Source: an uncultured Candidatus Saccharibacteria bacterium
GTDB lineage: Bacteria > Patescibacteriota > Doudnabacteria > UBA920
NCBI GenBank assembly: GCA_964532425.1
Contig: CAZHIA010000006.1
Coordinates: 1,343-65,342 of the forward strand
Direction of reading: 5' to 3'
DNA: 64,000 nucleotides
Below the pieces are notes generated by a model. It was not told the origin of the DNA and searched no databases. It worked only from the letters and a program-made list of their open reading frames with translations. A program made the translations under genes and the position numbers. Numbering within the stretch: position 1 is the stretch's first letter; every line of letters begins with the position of its first letter. Below are positions 10,399 to 19,897 of this stretch, in pieces.

Positions 10399-11898
10399 AT
10401 GAATAGTTATATGAATTTTGAATATCTTGAACTAACTGAATTGCGAAAGTTGCTAGATGAGAAAAAAGTTTCGTCCGTTGAGCTGACGAAATATTTTTTG
10501 GAACGCATCAAGGCCCATAATCCGGAAATGAATGCGTTCCTGACGGTGTCGGAAGAGCAGGCCCTCAAAGACGCACAGAAAGCGGATGAATTTATTGCCA
10601 GTCCGGGTGAAAACCCTGCTCTGTGCGGTATTCCGTACGCGGCCAAGGACTTGTTTTGCACCAAAGGCATCCGCACGACCGCGGCTTCCAAAATTCTGGA
10701 CAATTATATTCCGCCATACGACGCTACCTCGATCAAAAAAATCAAAGCGCAGCATGGTGTTTTGCTCGGCAAGACAAACCTGGACCAATTTGCACACGGC
10801 TCTTCAGGTGAGACCTCAGCCTATGGCCCTACCCAAAATGCCTGGGACAAGACACGCATGCCCGGCGGTTCTTCTTCCGGCTCAGCCACAGCAGTGGCTG
10901 CCGGTCTTGCTCCCTGGGCGACCGCGACGGAAACAGGCGGCAGCATCCGCCAGCCAGCCAGCTTATCTGGCATCTCCGGGTGGAAGCCGACGTATGGTCG
11001 CGTCTCCCGTTATGGCGTGATCGCCATGGGTTCATCGCTTGATTCAATCGGTGCTATGGCGTATTCGGTCAGGGACCTGGCGATGATCGCCGAGGTGATG
11101 GCCGGGCAGGATGAACGAGACGGCACGACCGGACCGGTGGAGGTACCGGAGTATTCCAAACTTTTGAATACCGACCTTTCGGGTATCCGCGTGGGTATAC
11201 CGAACGAATACTTTATTGAAGGCATGGAAGACGGGGTTAAGCAGCGCGTCGTCGAAGCAATCAAAGAACTCGAAAAACTCGGTGCTCAGCTGGTGGAAGT
11301 GAATCTGCCGAATACCAAGTACGGTTCACTCGTGTACGCGATTGTTTGTCCGAGCGAGGTGTCATCCAATTTAGCCCGTTATGACGGCATTCGTTACGGC
11401 CATGTCACCAGAGAGGCTCAGGACCTGTTGGAAGTCTATGAAAAGTCCCGCGCCGAAGGCTTCGGTAACGAAGCTAAGCGTCGCATTATGATTGGTACTT
11501 ATGTCTTGTCCGCCGGATACTATGATGCGTACTATAAGCGCGCCCAAAAAGTGCGCCGCCTGATTGTAAATGAATTTACGGAAGCTTTTAAGAATGTCGA
11601 TGTCCTGGCTTGTCCTTCCACGCCGAATGTGGCGCTGAAGCTTGGCAAGGCCGCGGAAGATCCGCTATTCGGCTACATAGCCGACCAGTTGAATATTCCT
11701 GGTTCCCTTGCCGGCCTGCCGTCGCTGTCCGTACCCTGCGGGTTTTCCCGTCCAGCCGATGGCGATACGCCGTCCATGGACGGCCTTCCGGTCGGACTGC
11801 AAATCATCGGCCCGCAATTCGGCGAACAGAAAATCTTCAACGTTGGTCATGCTTACCAGCAGGCCACCGAATGGCATAAGAAGCACCCTTCATCTTAG
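10399..11898 (+). CDS. gatA: Glu-tRNA(Gln) amidotransferase subunit A
   Basis: Amidase signature PGGSSSGSA, TGGSIRQPA, SNLARYDGIRYG. Confidence 0.96.
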   Translation: MNSYMNFEYLELTELRKLLDEKKVSSVELTKYFLERIKAHNPEMNAFLTVSEEQALKDAQKADEFIASPGENPALCGIPYAAKDLFCTKGIRTTAASKILDNYIPPYDATSIKKIKAQHGVLLGKTNLDQFAHGSSGETSAYGPTQNAWDKTRMPGGSSSGSATAVAAGLAPWATATETGGSIRQPASLSGISGWKPTYGRVSRYGVIAMGSSLDSIGAMAYSVRDLAMIAEVMAGQDERDGTTGPVEVPEYSKLLNTDLSGIRVGIPNEYFIEGMEDGVKQRVVEAIKELEKLGAQLVEVNLPNTKYGSLVYAIVCPSEVSSNLARYDGIRYGHVTREAQDLLEVYEKSRAEGFGNEAKRRIMIGTYVLSAGYYDAYYKRAQKVRRLIVNEFTEAFKNVDVLACPSTPNVALKLGKAAEDPLFGYIADQLNIPGSLAGLPSLSVPCGFSRPADGDTPSMDGLPVGLQIIGPQFGEQKIFNVGHAYQQATEWHKKHPSS

Positions 11899-11922
11899 AA
11901 GTTAGAGTTGGGGTACACCAGT

Positions 11923-12192
11923 ATGAATGTAAAAATAAAGCATAGTTTAATCGGATTAGGAGTAGGCCTAATTGCGGACGTCGTGCTGACTTTTTTATTC
12001 GTTGTACTCGTTGGGATTTTTTGGGAGAGCGGCAAGGATGTGGTCAAACCCACAACGCATGTTATAGATCAGGTAATCAATTATATAGCCCTTGCTATCA
12101 TTTTTGGTACTCCAGTAATTGGAACAGTGTGGGGATATCTTAACGGAGTAAAAGCTAACAGACCACCTGCACCGCCAAAACCGCAGCGGTAG
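11923..12192 (+). CDS. small two-TM membrane protein inserted between gatA and gatB
   Basis: AT-rich ORF with two hydrophobic segments. Confidence 0.65.
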   Translation: MNVKIKHSLIGLGVGLIADVVLTFLFVVLVGIFWESGKDVVKPTTHVIDQVINYIALAIIFGTPVIGTVWGYLNGVKANRPPAPPKPQR

Positions 12193-12243
12193 ATAGTTTT
12201 TTAACACGCATTATTGCAAGGTTAATTAATAAACTCTTTAAGC

Positions 12244-13743
12244 ATGAAAAAGTTCGAGTCTTCAACTGAATATCAGCCTGTTATCGGCTTTGAAATCCAT
12301 GTCGAGTTGGCGACTAAGTCTAAGATGTTTTCTCCGGCGCCGAACAATCCGGACGAAAAGACTCCGAACACGAATATCGACGAGATCGTAACAGCCCAGC
12401 CAGGGACACTACCGGTGGCCAACAAGGAAGCTATCCGTTTGTCCGCCATGGTTGGTCTGGCTTTGAATTGTCGAATAGACGAGTGGAGCAAGTTCGATCG
12501 CAAGCACTATTTCTACCCCGACCTGCCCAAAGGCTACCAAATTTCCCAGTATGACCAGCCTATTTCGAAAGAAGGGTTTCTGGATGTGATGATCGCGGGC
12601 AAGGTCAAGAGAATCGGGATTACCCGCGCACATTTGGAAGAAGATGCCGGCAAGAATGTGCATCCGGAAGGATTGCCGTACAGCCTGGTGGATTATAATC
12701 GCGCAGGCTGCGCGCTGCTCGAGATCGTGACCGAGCCTGACATAGAAAGCGGGGAAGAAGCCCGCGTGTTTTTGCAGGAGCTGCGCAATATTATCCGCTA
12801 CGTGGGAGCGTCGAGTGCGGATATGGAAAAAGGCACGATGCGCGTGGAGCCGAACATTTCCGTACGCAAGCCTGGTGAGACAACGCTGCCGAAATACAAA
12901 GTGGAAGTCAAGAACATCAACTCGTTCAAATTTGCCGAGGCTGCCATTAATTATGAAATTGCCAGGCAGACCGAGATTTTAAAGGAAGGCGGTACGCCCA
13001 AGCAGGTCACCATGGGGTGGAATGAACGTGAAAACTGCACGGTAGAGCAGCGCAGCAAGGAAGAAGCCAATGACTACCGTTATTTTCCGGAACCTGACTT
13101 GCCGGTGCTGCAATTCACCAAAGACTATCTGGATGACCTTCGCATGCGCTTGCCCGAGTTGCCTGCGCAAAAGCGCGCACGCTTTAAAGACGAGTATAAC
13201 CTGCCTGACGGTGATACCGAGAACCTGATCAATTGGAAGGAGTTAGCATATTACTTTGAGGATGTAGTTTCCGAATTGAACGAATGGCTCAAGGAAGAGC
13301 CGGGAACCGGACTGGACATTAATCAACTGATCAAACAGGCTGCCAACTGGTGCCTTCAGGATTTTTCTGCGCTGCTCAATGCTCAGGGTTTTAAGCCAGC
13401 TGATAGCCGGGTAACTGCGGAAAATATGGCTGAATTGATCAAGCTCATCCAGCAAGGGAAGATTTCCGGGTCTGCAGCCAAGCAGGTTTTTAAGGTCATG
13501 TTCGAAAAAGGTGGCGAACCGGATAATATCATGCAAGACCTGGGTCTTGAACAGACAAGCGATGAAGGCGCGATTGGCGAAGCAATCGACAAAGTCATTG
13601 CCGCGAACGAAAAAGCTGTTACCGACTTCAGGGCTGGACAGGAAAAATCATTTGGCTTTTTAGTTGGCCAAACAATGAAAGAGCTTAAAGGCAAAGGCAA
13701 TCCGCAGATTATCAATGAAGTGCTGCGTAAAAAGCTTGGTTGA
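12244..13743 (+). CDS. gatB: Asp/Glu-tRNA amidotransferase subunit B
   Basis: IGFEIHVEL, YFYPDLPKGYQISQ, YRYFPEPDL. Confidence 0.97.
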   Translation: MKKFESSTEYQPVIGFEIHVELATKSKMFSPAPNNPDEKTPNTNIDEIVTAQPGTLPVANKEAIRLSAMVGLALNCRIDEWSKFDRKHYFYPDLPKGYQISQYDQPISKEGFLDVMIAGKVKRIGITRAHLEEDAGKNVHPEGLPYSLVDYNRAGCALLEIVTEPDIESGEEARVFLQELRNIIRYVGASSADMEKGTMRVEPNISVRKPGETTLPKYKVEVKNINSFKFAEAAINYEIARQTEILKEGGTPKQVTMGWNERENCTVEQRSKEEANDYRYFPEPDLPVLQFTKDYLDDLRMRLPELPAQKRARFKDEYNLPDGDTENLINWKELAYYFEDVVSELNEWLKEEPGTGLDINQLIKQAANWCLQDFSALLNAQGFKPADSRVTAENMAELIKLIQQGKISGSAAKQVFKVMFEKGGEPDNIMQDLGLEQTSDEGAIGEAIDKVIAANEKAVTDFRAGQEKSFGFLVGQTMKELKGKGNPQIINEVLRKKLG

Positions 13744-13827
13744 AAGTGAATGATATCTTAAGATACCCCGGGTGATCTCCGATGAACGGAGGCCTGGGGT
13801 GTTTTTATTGTACGGAAACGTGTTTCG

Positions 13828-14061
13828 CTAAGTATGTATCTTATCCGGCGAATGCGGTGCTAATGCCTTCCTTCCGCTGCTGTATAAGGCCAGATCTTGT
13901 CGTAGCCTGCTTAGTCGCATCTTGATTCGCCGTAAGGCCTCCGCCACTTCGGTTGCCTCGCGAGCGGGGTGTTTTTTAAGCATCTGCATTTCCTCAATGA
14001 TCGCCTCGTATTCGGCTATAAAGTAATGCGGGTTCAATCCGCGTTTCCTATGGTTATGCAT
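13828..14061 (-). CDS. hypothetical helical protein
   Basis: AGGAGG SD before ATG at 14061; 77 aa. Confidence 0.55.
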   Translation of the reverse strand: MHNHRKRGLNPHYFIAEYEAIIEEMQMLKKHPAREATEVAEALRRIKMRLSRLRQDLALYSSGRKALAPHSPDKIHT

Positions 14062-14158
14062 GATCCTCCTGTACGAATGTTGGGATACAGTATACACGAC
14101 GGATGAAACCGTAATGATTAAAGCCGCGCAGGTACGTCTTATGCAAGTAAGGAGACTC

Positions 14159-15334
14159 ATGCCTATGGCAGAAAAGAATACCAGTTTACCAAAGGGTTTT
14201 TTGTTCGGAACTTCCTCTGCCGCCCATCAGGTTGAAGGTGAAAACATTTCGAGTGATTGGTGGCACTATGAAAGGATTGGCCGTCTTCCAAAATCCGGGA
14301 AATGTGCAGATCATTTTCACCGATTCCGTGAAGATTTCTCCCTGGCAGCCGGGTGCGGTATGGATGTCATGCGTATTTCCATTGAATGGAGCAGGATCGA
14401 GCCGGAAGCAGGGAGGTGGGACAGCTCCGCAATAGAACACTACCGGTCCGTCCTGGTTGCTATGAGGGCAATGGGATTGCTGCGCATCGTTACGCTGTTT
14501 CATTTTACTCTGCCACTTTGGTTTTATCGCCAGGGAGGTTTTTCGCGCAAAGCCAACATTGCATACTTTTCGAGATTCGCGAAGTTTATCGCGCATGAAC
14601 TGGGTGATGAGGTGGATATGTGGGTGACCGTGAACGAACCCGAGGTATATGCAGCAGCCGGTTTTCTCCAGGGTAGTCGGCCGCCGTTTGTGCGCAATCC
14701 ATTGCATTTTTGGTCTGTCTATCGCAATTTGCTAGACACGCACCGGGCTGCCTATGCTGCAATCAAAGAGGGTGGCAGTAATACACCGGTTGGGGTGGCT
14801 GTCAGTGCCGCATATTTTACCTCTTCACGGCGTAGTTTATCAGCCATGGCAGCTGCAGCAGGTAGACAGTGGATTTCCGGAATTGCTCGCACCTGCGATT
14901 TTATCGGTTTGAATTATTATTTTGCATATAACCTCGCATTCTCTTTGAGGCGGGGAATTCGGATCGTGAACCGGGATCAACCGTTTTCGGACATGGGATA
15001 CCGGGCCTATCCCGAAGGTCTGCTGCGAGTCCTCAGAGATTTTTCGCGCTTTGGGAAGCCGTTGTATATTACAGAGAATGGTATTGCGAATGCTGCTGAA
15101 GATATGCGCGTGCGGTTCATTGTTGAGCATATAGAAGCTGCTCTGAGCGCGCGTGAACAGGGGGTTGATGTGAGAGGGTACTTGTATTGGTCGCTTACTG
15201 ATACCTACGAATGGCAGCAGGGATTTGATTTAAAATTTGGACTGGTGGAGATCGACTACAGCACCTTGGAGCGTAAACCGCGAGCGAGTTATTATGAATT
15301 GAAAAGATTGATAGGATCGAAGAATATACACTAA
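14159..15334 (+). CDS. glycoside hydrolase family 1 (beta-glucosidase-like)
   Basis: FLFGTSSAAHQVEG, catalytic TVNEP and YITENG, WSLTDTYEW. Confidence 0.93.
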   Translation: MPMAEKNTSLPKGFLFGTSSAAHQVEGENISSDWWHYERIGRLPKSGKCADHFHRFREDFSLAAGCGMDVMRISIEWSRIEPEAGRWDSSAIEHYRSVLVAMRAMGLLRIVTLFHFTLPLWFYRQGGFSRKANIAYFSRFAKFIAHELGDEVDMWVTVNEPEVYAAAGFLQGSRPPFVRNPLHFWSVYRNLLDTHRAAYAAIKEGGSNTPVGVAVSAAYFTSSRRSLSAMAAAAGRQWISGIARTCDFIGLNYYFAYNLAFSLRRGIRIVNRDQPFSDMGYRAYPEGLLRVLRDFSRFGKPLYITENGIANAAEDMRVRFIVEHIEAALSAREQGVDVRGYLYWSLTDTYEWQQGFDLKFGLVEIDYSTLERKPRASYYELKRLIGSKNIH

Positions 15335-15338
15335 TACC

Positions 15339-15376
15339 AACGATGATCATTCGCGGGCGCGAATGATCATCGTTTT
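15339..15376 (+). terminator. intrinsic terminator
   Basis: AACGATGATCATTCGC-loop-GCGAATGATCATCGTTTT. Confidence 0.75.
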
Positions 15377-15467
15377 GAAGATTAATGGGGGTTTGGTGGT
15401 GTCGAGAAATAAAACACCCGCTCGGCGTCAGTACGAAGAGCGGGTGGTTTTGTGTAATCCCCAGCGG

Positions 15468-15857
15468 CTAGCGCGATGGTTTTTTTAGGTACATGGTCGG
15501 TTCGGGTGCGTGCTGGACCCAGCGCATGACTTTGCGGCAAAACTCAAAGTGCAGCGGGCACTTGGGGCTTTGCAGCGTTTGCTTGAAGAACGTTTGGTTC
15601 AGTGTCCAATCGTCGATGCCTGAGAGTCTCCGCATCTTGCGCTCGATGGGGCGTTTGGCGTCCTTGTACACTTCGGAAAACAGCACGTAGTGATCGAGGC
15701 CAATGCCTTCGAACATGAGACAGACATGGTCTATGACCAAGTCGCGGGCCGCGCCCTTGTGCTGCTTGAGCAGCGCTTTTCGCGTGTTAATCAGCCGGAG
15801 CTCTTGGTATGCGCTCCGGTACTGCTTGTCTTTCCGCATGCTTGCTTGCTTATCCAT
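15468..15857 (-). CDS. hypothetical protein
   Basis: 129-aa basic ORF followed by a hairpin at ~15415-15447. Confidence 0.6.
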   Translation of the reverse strand: MDKQASMRKDKQYRSAYQELRLINTRKALLKQHKGAARDLVIDHVCLMFEGIGLDHYVLFSEVYKDAKRPIERKMRRLSGIDDWTLNQTFFKQTLQSPKCPLHFEFCRKVMRWVQHAPEPTMYLKKPSR

Positions 15858-15877
15858 TATCCAGTGATTCTCCTATT

Positions 15878-16138
15878 TCAGTAGGTGGCTTTCATAGCGC
15901 GCAATCCGCGCGCCGTGCGGACGATTTTTGATAACCGAACCACTTCTCCGAGTTCCGGCCGTTTCTGCTGGTGCCAGACCGGTTTTGTGATGGTGAATGT
16001 GATTTTTTCAGATTCATCCTCAGGCTGGCAGACGGCATACGCGTGTTTATTGGGCTTGCGCGGCTGGACGATTTCCAAGATCACGGCAATTACTGGCGGG
16101 CTGCTTCCTGGTAGCTGTCCCGTGGGGGGGTCCGACAT
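15878..16138 (-). CDS. small OB-fold-like protein
   Basis: AGGAGG SD; beta-rich pattern ending GEVVRLSKIVRTARGLRA (fold is inferred). Confidence 0.6.
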   Translation of the reverse strand: MSDPPTGQLPGSSPPVIAVILEIVQPRKPNKHAYAVCQPEDESEKITFTITKPVWHQQKRPELGEVVRLSKIVRTARGLRAMKATY

Positions 16139-16227
16139 TCTTCCTCCTATTGACTCTGCGGACAAAGGTGTAGAGTATCACAATTTACTACGGATGTCCA
16201 TTGCTAAAATGTCGGAGCAAAGTAAAA

Positions 16228-16254
16228 ACCGGCCAACCTAAGGTTGGCCGGTTC
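16228..16254 (-). terminator. terminator of the PEP-CTERM gene
   Basis: AACCGGCCAACC-TAA-GGTTGGCCGGTT with an adjacent A-run. Confidence 0.75.
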
Positions 16255-16272
16255 AATGTCCGACGAGGCGGA

Positions 16273-17052
16273 CTAGCGCTTTACAAACCTGCGGCTACAC
16301 AACGCGGCGCCGGCCAGTCCTAGACCGGTCAACGCCATTGTGGCCGGTTCAGGAACTTCGCCACCCTTCGGCGGCGGCATGATGATCATCGTGGCAGATG
16401 TGGACGGCCCAGCCGTGCTCCAGCCAGAAATGTCGGTGTAAGGACCCCAAGAGTATGCCCCTTTGGCGCGTCCTTGGTCGAAGATCTGGTCAGTGCGAAG
16501 GTTCATCGACATCCACCAGTTGTCGTAGTTACTAAAGCCACTCCGTGTCTGGGTGGTGGTGCCGGATCCCGGACAAGCACCATTCTCGATGCCGGTGCAG
16601 TCCCAGTTCGAGACAGTACTTGCGAGCAATATCTCTAGGGAGTTGCCCTTGCCACCGCTCATGTACAACTCGCCAGTGAGCGGGTAAAAGGTAAATCCGA
16701 AATAGTTGCTCAGGGTGTTTGTGAGTGTGGCCGTCTGATTATAGTTGGTCCCTGCAGCGCCACTGAGCAGATCGGTGTTATTCCAGAACGTCCTGGTGTC
16801 CTGCACCGAACTGCTGAAGCCGCCGCTTACCCACGGATTGCTGGGGTCGCCCGACAGATTACTCCATGTGTCGAGTGTGAGATCAATGTAGTGACCCTGA
16901 CCCTGACTGGTGCAAAGGGCCAATCCGGCGCCGAGAGGCGTGCATGAGCCGGAGCCTGTGCCTTCCGAGAGTAAATTTGTCGTTATCGGGGCTGCGGTCG
17001 CTGAAACGACGACGGCCAGCATGATCAGAATCGCACAGATCGTATTGCGCAT
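16273..17052 (-). CDS. PEP-CTERM sorting domain protein
   Basis: Signal peptide, Ser/Thr/Gly-rich body, C-terminal VPEPATMALTGLGLAGAALCSRR. Confidence 0.92.
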   Translation of the reverse strand: MRNTICAILIMLAVVVSATAAPITTNLLSEGTGSGSCTPLGAGLALCTSQGQGHYIDLTLDTWSNLSGDPSNPWVSGGFSSSVQDTRTFWNNTDLLSGAAGTNYNQTATLTNTLSNYFGFTFYPLTGELYMSGGKGNSLEILLASTVSNWDCTGIENGACPGSGTTTQTRSGFSNYDNWWMSMNLRTDQIFDQGRAKGAYSWGPYTDISGWSTAGPSTSATMIIMPPPKGGEVPEPATMALTGLGLAGAALCSRRFVKR

Positions 17053-17174
17053 CTAAAATCCTCCTTGGGGACTGTTTTGATGTGCTGCCTGGTTGTGACG
17101 TGCTGCAATGAGCTTATAAAAGGCCTCATTGCAGCAGAACGTTTGAGTATGCGTCACCAGGTACGGTGACCGGA

Positions 17175-17243
17175 TAATATAGCATAATTACGCGAAATTG
17201 TCAAGACCTCTACTTTGACAATTACTCGGGAGTTTTATACACT
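17175..17243. promoter_or_regulatory. divergent sigma70 promoter pair
   Basis: Minus strand TTGACA-17-TATATT; plus strand TTGACA-17-TACACT. Confidence 0.7.
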
Positions 17244-17287
17244 AGTACGATTGTTTGTTTTCAAACGAGAAATACAAAGGAGGGGAT

Positions 17288-18169
17288 ATGAACATTCCCG
17301 CAATTATCAAAGCGGTGGAAGCGGATGATTTTTCCTTTATGGAAGGCATCCGTTTAGGAAAGAAGGCTTATACACTCACTGTGGAAGGGCTGAAAAAGTC
17401 AGTGAAGGATGGGACATTCCCCAAAATTCACGGATACGCGGCGCTTGCCCGAGTGACCGTGAGTAATGATGCGCATGTGACCCATCTTGCCCATCATGGA
17501 CTCATCGACAAATCCGGCGAAAAGGGTGTTTGGGTTTTTCTGCCAGCTTTGTTTGTCGGACTCAAAGCCGAGCAATCGGACAATGGGCAGCCTTCGGCAG
17601 GAAATCATTCGCAAGACGCCAAATCCAAACAGATCTTCTACGCGGTTAAGTCCCGCGCAGTCGAAAACATGGTGGTCTTCACCAAGGATTTGCGACAGCA
17701 GGTGGCGGACGAAGTCGGCTGTCGAGCCAGTTACGTGGGGCAGGTCATGCTCGGCGCGGAGGAGCGCGGTTTGGTCAGGCTCCAGGATCGCAAGATGCGC
17801 GGTTTTGGCTACCAGATCGTTTTTCTGGAAGAAGCCCAGCCGCCTGCGGCCGATCCGCGTATCGTGGATACGGATCAGGAAGAGCCTGGAGAAGTTCCGG
17901 TGCCGGAAGATCCCCCGAACAATCAACCTCAACCGGCCCAGGCTGCGGCTTCTGTCGGTGATGCGCCCGCGGATGTTTCCGCGCAATCGATCATCCGACT
18001 GTATGATGACGAGATCGCCGAATGCGACCGGCAGATCGAAGCGGAAACCGCGCGGATGAAACATGCTCTGGAAACCCTGCAGGCCAAGAAGGATGGCCTT
18101 TCGCGGATGCGCGACGAGGTCCGGCATAAGGCCGAGCAGGTCCGCGAGTCCATCGTGAATAAGCAGTAA
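17288..18169 (+). CDS. hypothetical protein with putative winged-HTH and C-terminal coiled coil
   Basis: SD AGGAGGGG; QQVADEVGCRASYVGQVMLGAEERGLV; P/Q-rich linker; heptad C-terminus. Confidence 0.75.
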   Translation: MNIPAIIKAVEADDFSFMEGIRLGKKAYTLTVEGLKKSVKDGTFPKIHGYAALARVTVSNDAHVTHLAHHGLIDKSGEKGVWVFLPALFVGLKAEQSDNGQPSAGNHSQDAKSKQIFYAVKSRAVENMVVFTKDLRQQVADEVGCRASYVGQVMLGAEERGLVRLQDRKMRGFGYQIVFLEEAQPPAADPRIVDTDQEEPGEVPVPEDPPNNQPQPAQAAASVGDAPADVSAQSIIRLYDDEIAECDRQIEAETARMKHALETLQAKKDGLSRMRDEVRHKAEQVRESIVNKQ

Positions 18170-18176
18170 GCCACAA

Positions 18177-18208
18177 GCCCGAAGCTAAAAGCTTCGGGCC
18201 TCTTTTTT
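18177..18208 (+). terminator. intrinsic terminator
   Basis: GCCCGAAGCT-AAA-AGCTTCGGGC followed by a T-run. Confidence 0.8.
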
Positions 18209-18266
18209 ACTCTTGATAATTAACAGCTTATAGCCTATGATAGGAGGAAATCTTCCAGGAGGAATT

Positions 18267-19481
18267 ATGCGAGAATCGCAGGGGAAAGCCGTAGCGAGGG
18301 CGTACTTTTACCAGAGTTTTCTGCCTTCGTGCCTGACCGCTTCGCAGCTGCAACACGGCAATTTTCTCCTGCTCTTGGGAGAACAACCGCGCGAGCTGCC
18401 GTATCTGCAGGAACTGCGCGTGCCGATGAATCAGATCTGGTCGGTGGAAAACCAGCACGCGATATTCTTGAAGCAGCTTCAATTCCGTGAACAGGGGCAT
18501 TTGCCGATCTCTCTCTACTACGGGGACATGGCTGAGTATGTGCAGTACCTTCTCCACGAAAATAAAGAGTTCCTAGTTCTCGGCTTGGATGTTGAAGGCA
18601 GTTTCTTAAACCAGCTTGATCCGGCCATGACTTCGGTCATGCTCTTCTGCTGGAGGGCTCCGCAGTCCGTGGTGGCCACCTATTCCAGCGTGGGTCGTGA
18701 CCGCTTCATGGTTTGGGAAGGGTTGAAATCCCTGGCGCTGTTTCTGGCCATTGCGCCAAAACAGACAGCCGAATTTTTGGCGGTCTTAAGCCTGCGGTAC
18801 GAGCGGGCTGGCTTCACCGAGCCGGTGAGTATGGTCTTAAGAGACTTGTTTTGGATCAGAAGCCACTTGGAGCATACGCTTATGGCTTCCGTCGTGGTTG
18901 GTGCCGTACCGGGCAGCTTTTACCGTGAGTGCGCGCAATTACAGGAGAGTCTGTGGCAAGCGGTGAAGAAACAGCGCCGCTTTCCGCTGTCCATGGGTTT
19001 TCTCCAGGCGTGCGTCAAATCATGGCTGAAAGATAATCGTATCGCATTCGGCAACCACTTTAACAAAAACCGCAGCTTAGGGCTCTCTTGGGATACGCTG
19101 GCCCACGTGGTATACAATGCCGAGCATCCCTGGTCGCAGCTTTGCTACTTTGCCAAGTTCCGTAATGACGGCAATTTGATCTCCTGCAAGGTATGGCTGC
19201 TCCAAGTGCTCGAATTGTTTATGCGTCAGCCGCTTCTCTACATTGCCCGTTCCGGCAAAACCTACGAGCTGGACGGTCGCGTGCGCGACCTCTCGGAGCT
19301 GGCATCAGTAGCCTTGCTGAAAGGCAATAATCGAACCGATCGCAAAGGCGACCGGGAGATATACCGGCTGTTCAAACCGCGCCAGCTGGAAGCACGAACG
19401 TTGGTGCCGCATGTGCGCGGCATCACGCAGACCATTCTTGCTATTCGCAAGAGCAACGGGTATCATGGCAATAGCATGTAG
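18267..19481 (+). CDS. hypothetical protein with putative class I SAM-methyltransferase-like N-terminal domain
   Basis: FLLLLGEQPRE / IWSVE / LYYGD / VLGLDVEG follow the spacing of MTase motifs I-IV (inference). Confidence 0.55.
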   Translation: MRESQGKAVARAYFYQSFLPSCLTASQLQHGNFLLLLGEQPRELPYLQELRVPMNQIWSVENQHAIFLKQLQFREQGHLPISLYYGDMAEYVQYLLHENKEFLVLGLDVEGSFLNQLDPAMTSVMLFCWRAPQSVVATYSSVGRDRFMVWEGLKSLALFLAIAPKQTAEFLAVLSLRYERAGFTEPVSMVLRDLFWIRSHLEHTLMASVVVGAVPGSFYRECAQLQESLWQAVKKQRRFPLSMGFLQACVKSWLKDNRIAFGNHFNKNRSLGLSWDTLAHVVYNAEHPWSQLCYFAKFRNDGNLISCKVWLLQVLELFMRQPLLYIARSGKTYELDGRVRDLSELASVALLKGNNRTDRKGDREIYRLFKPRQLEARTLVPHVRGITQTILAIRKSNGYHGNSM

Positions 19482-19509
19482 TGCGCCAACACCAGGAGGC
19501 AACAATATC

Positions 19510-19752
19510 ATGGCTCATACCAAACTACGCAAGAACCATGCAGATAATGCTCCAGTTGCACCGAAAGGGACTCCGTACCTGGACGGTACCGGGAACCTGA
19601 CGCAGTGGGGTAAAAAGCGAATCAAGTTTGTCGGCGCGAAATGCGTCAACGTCAACCAGCTCATAGCCAAACTGCCGCCGTACGTGGCAGAACTGGTAGA
19701 CCGCCAGACGCTGATCGCCTTGCTGGCCATCTCGCACCGGCCGTCATCGTAA
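19510..19752 (+). CDS. small basic hypothetical protein
   Basis: AGGAGG SD, 80 aa, followed by a terminator. Confidence 0.7.
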   Translation: MAHTKLRKNHADNAPVAPKGTPYLDGTGNLTQWGKKRIKFVGAKCVNVNQLIAKLPPYVAELVDRQTLIALLAISHRPSS

Positions 19753-19773
19753 GTGGCTGTCACAGCCATTCTT

Positions 19774-19799
19774 AGCTCACCTTCGGGTGGGCTTTTTTT
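19774..19799 (+). terminator. intrinsic terminator
   Basis: AGCTCACC-TTCG-GGTGGGCT followed by a T-run. Confidence 0.8.
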
Positions 19800-19897
19800 C
19801 TTGACAATTGCCCGCTGATTTATTATGATTTACCGATATCTTATAAGGCATTTCGCTGTCATAAGATAGGCATCTTAACAGTTTAGAAGGAGGGGAA

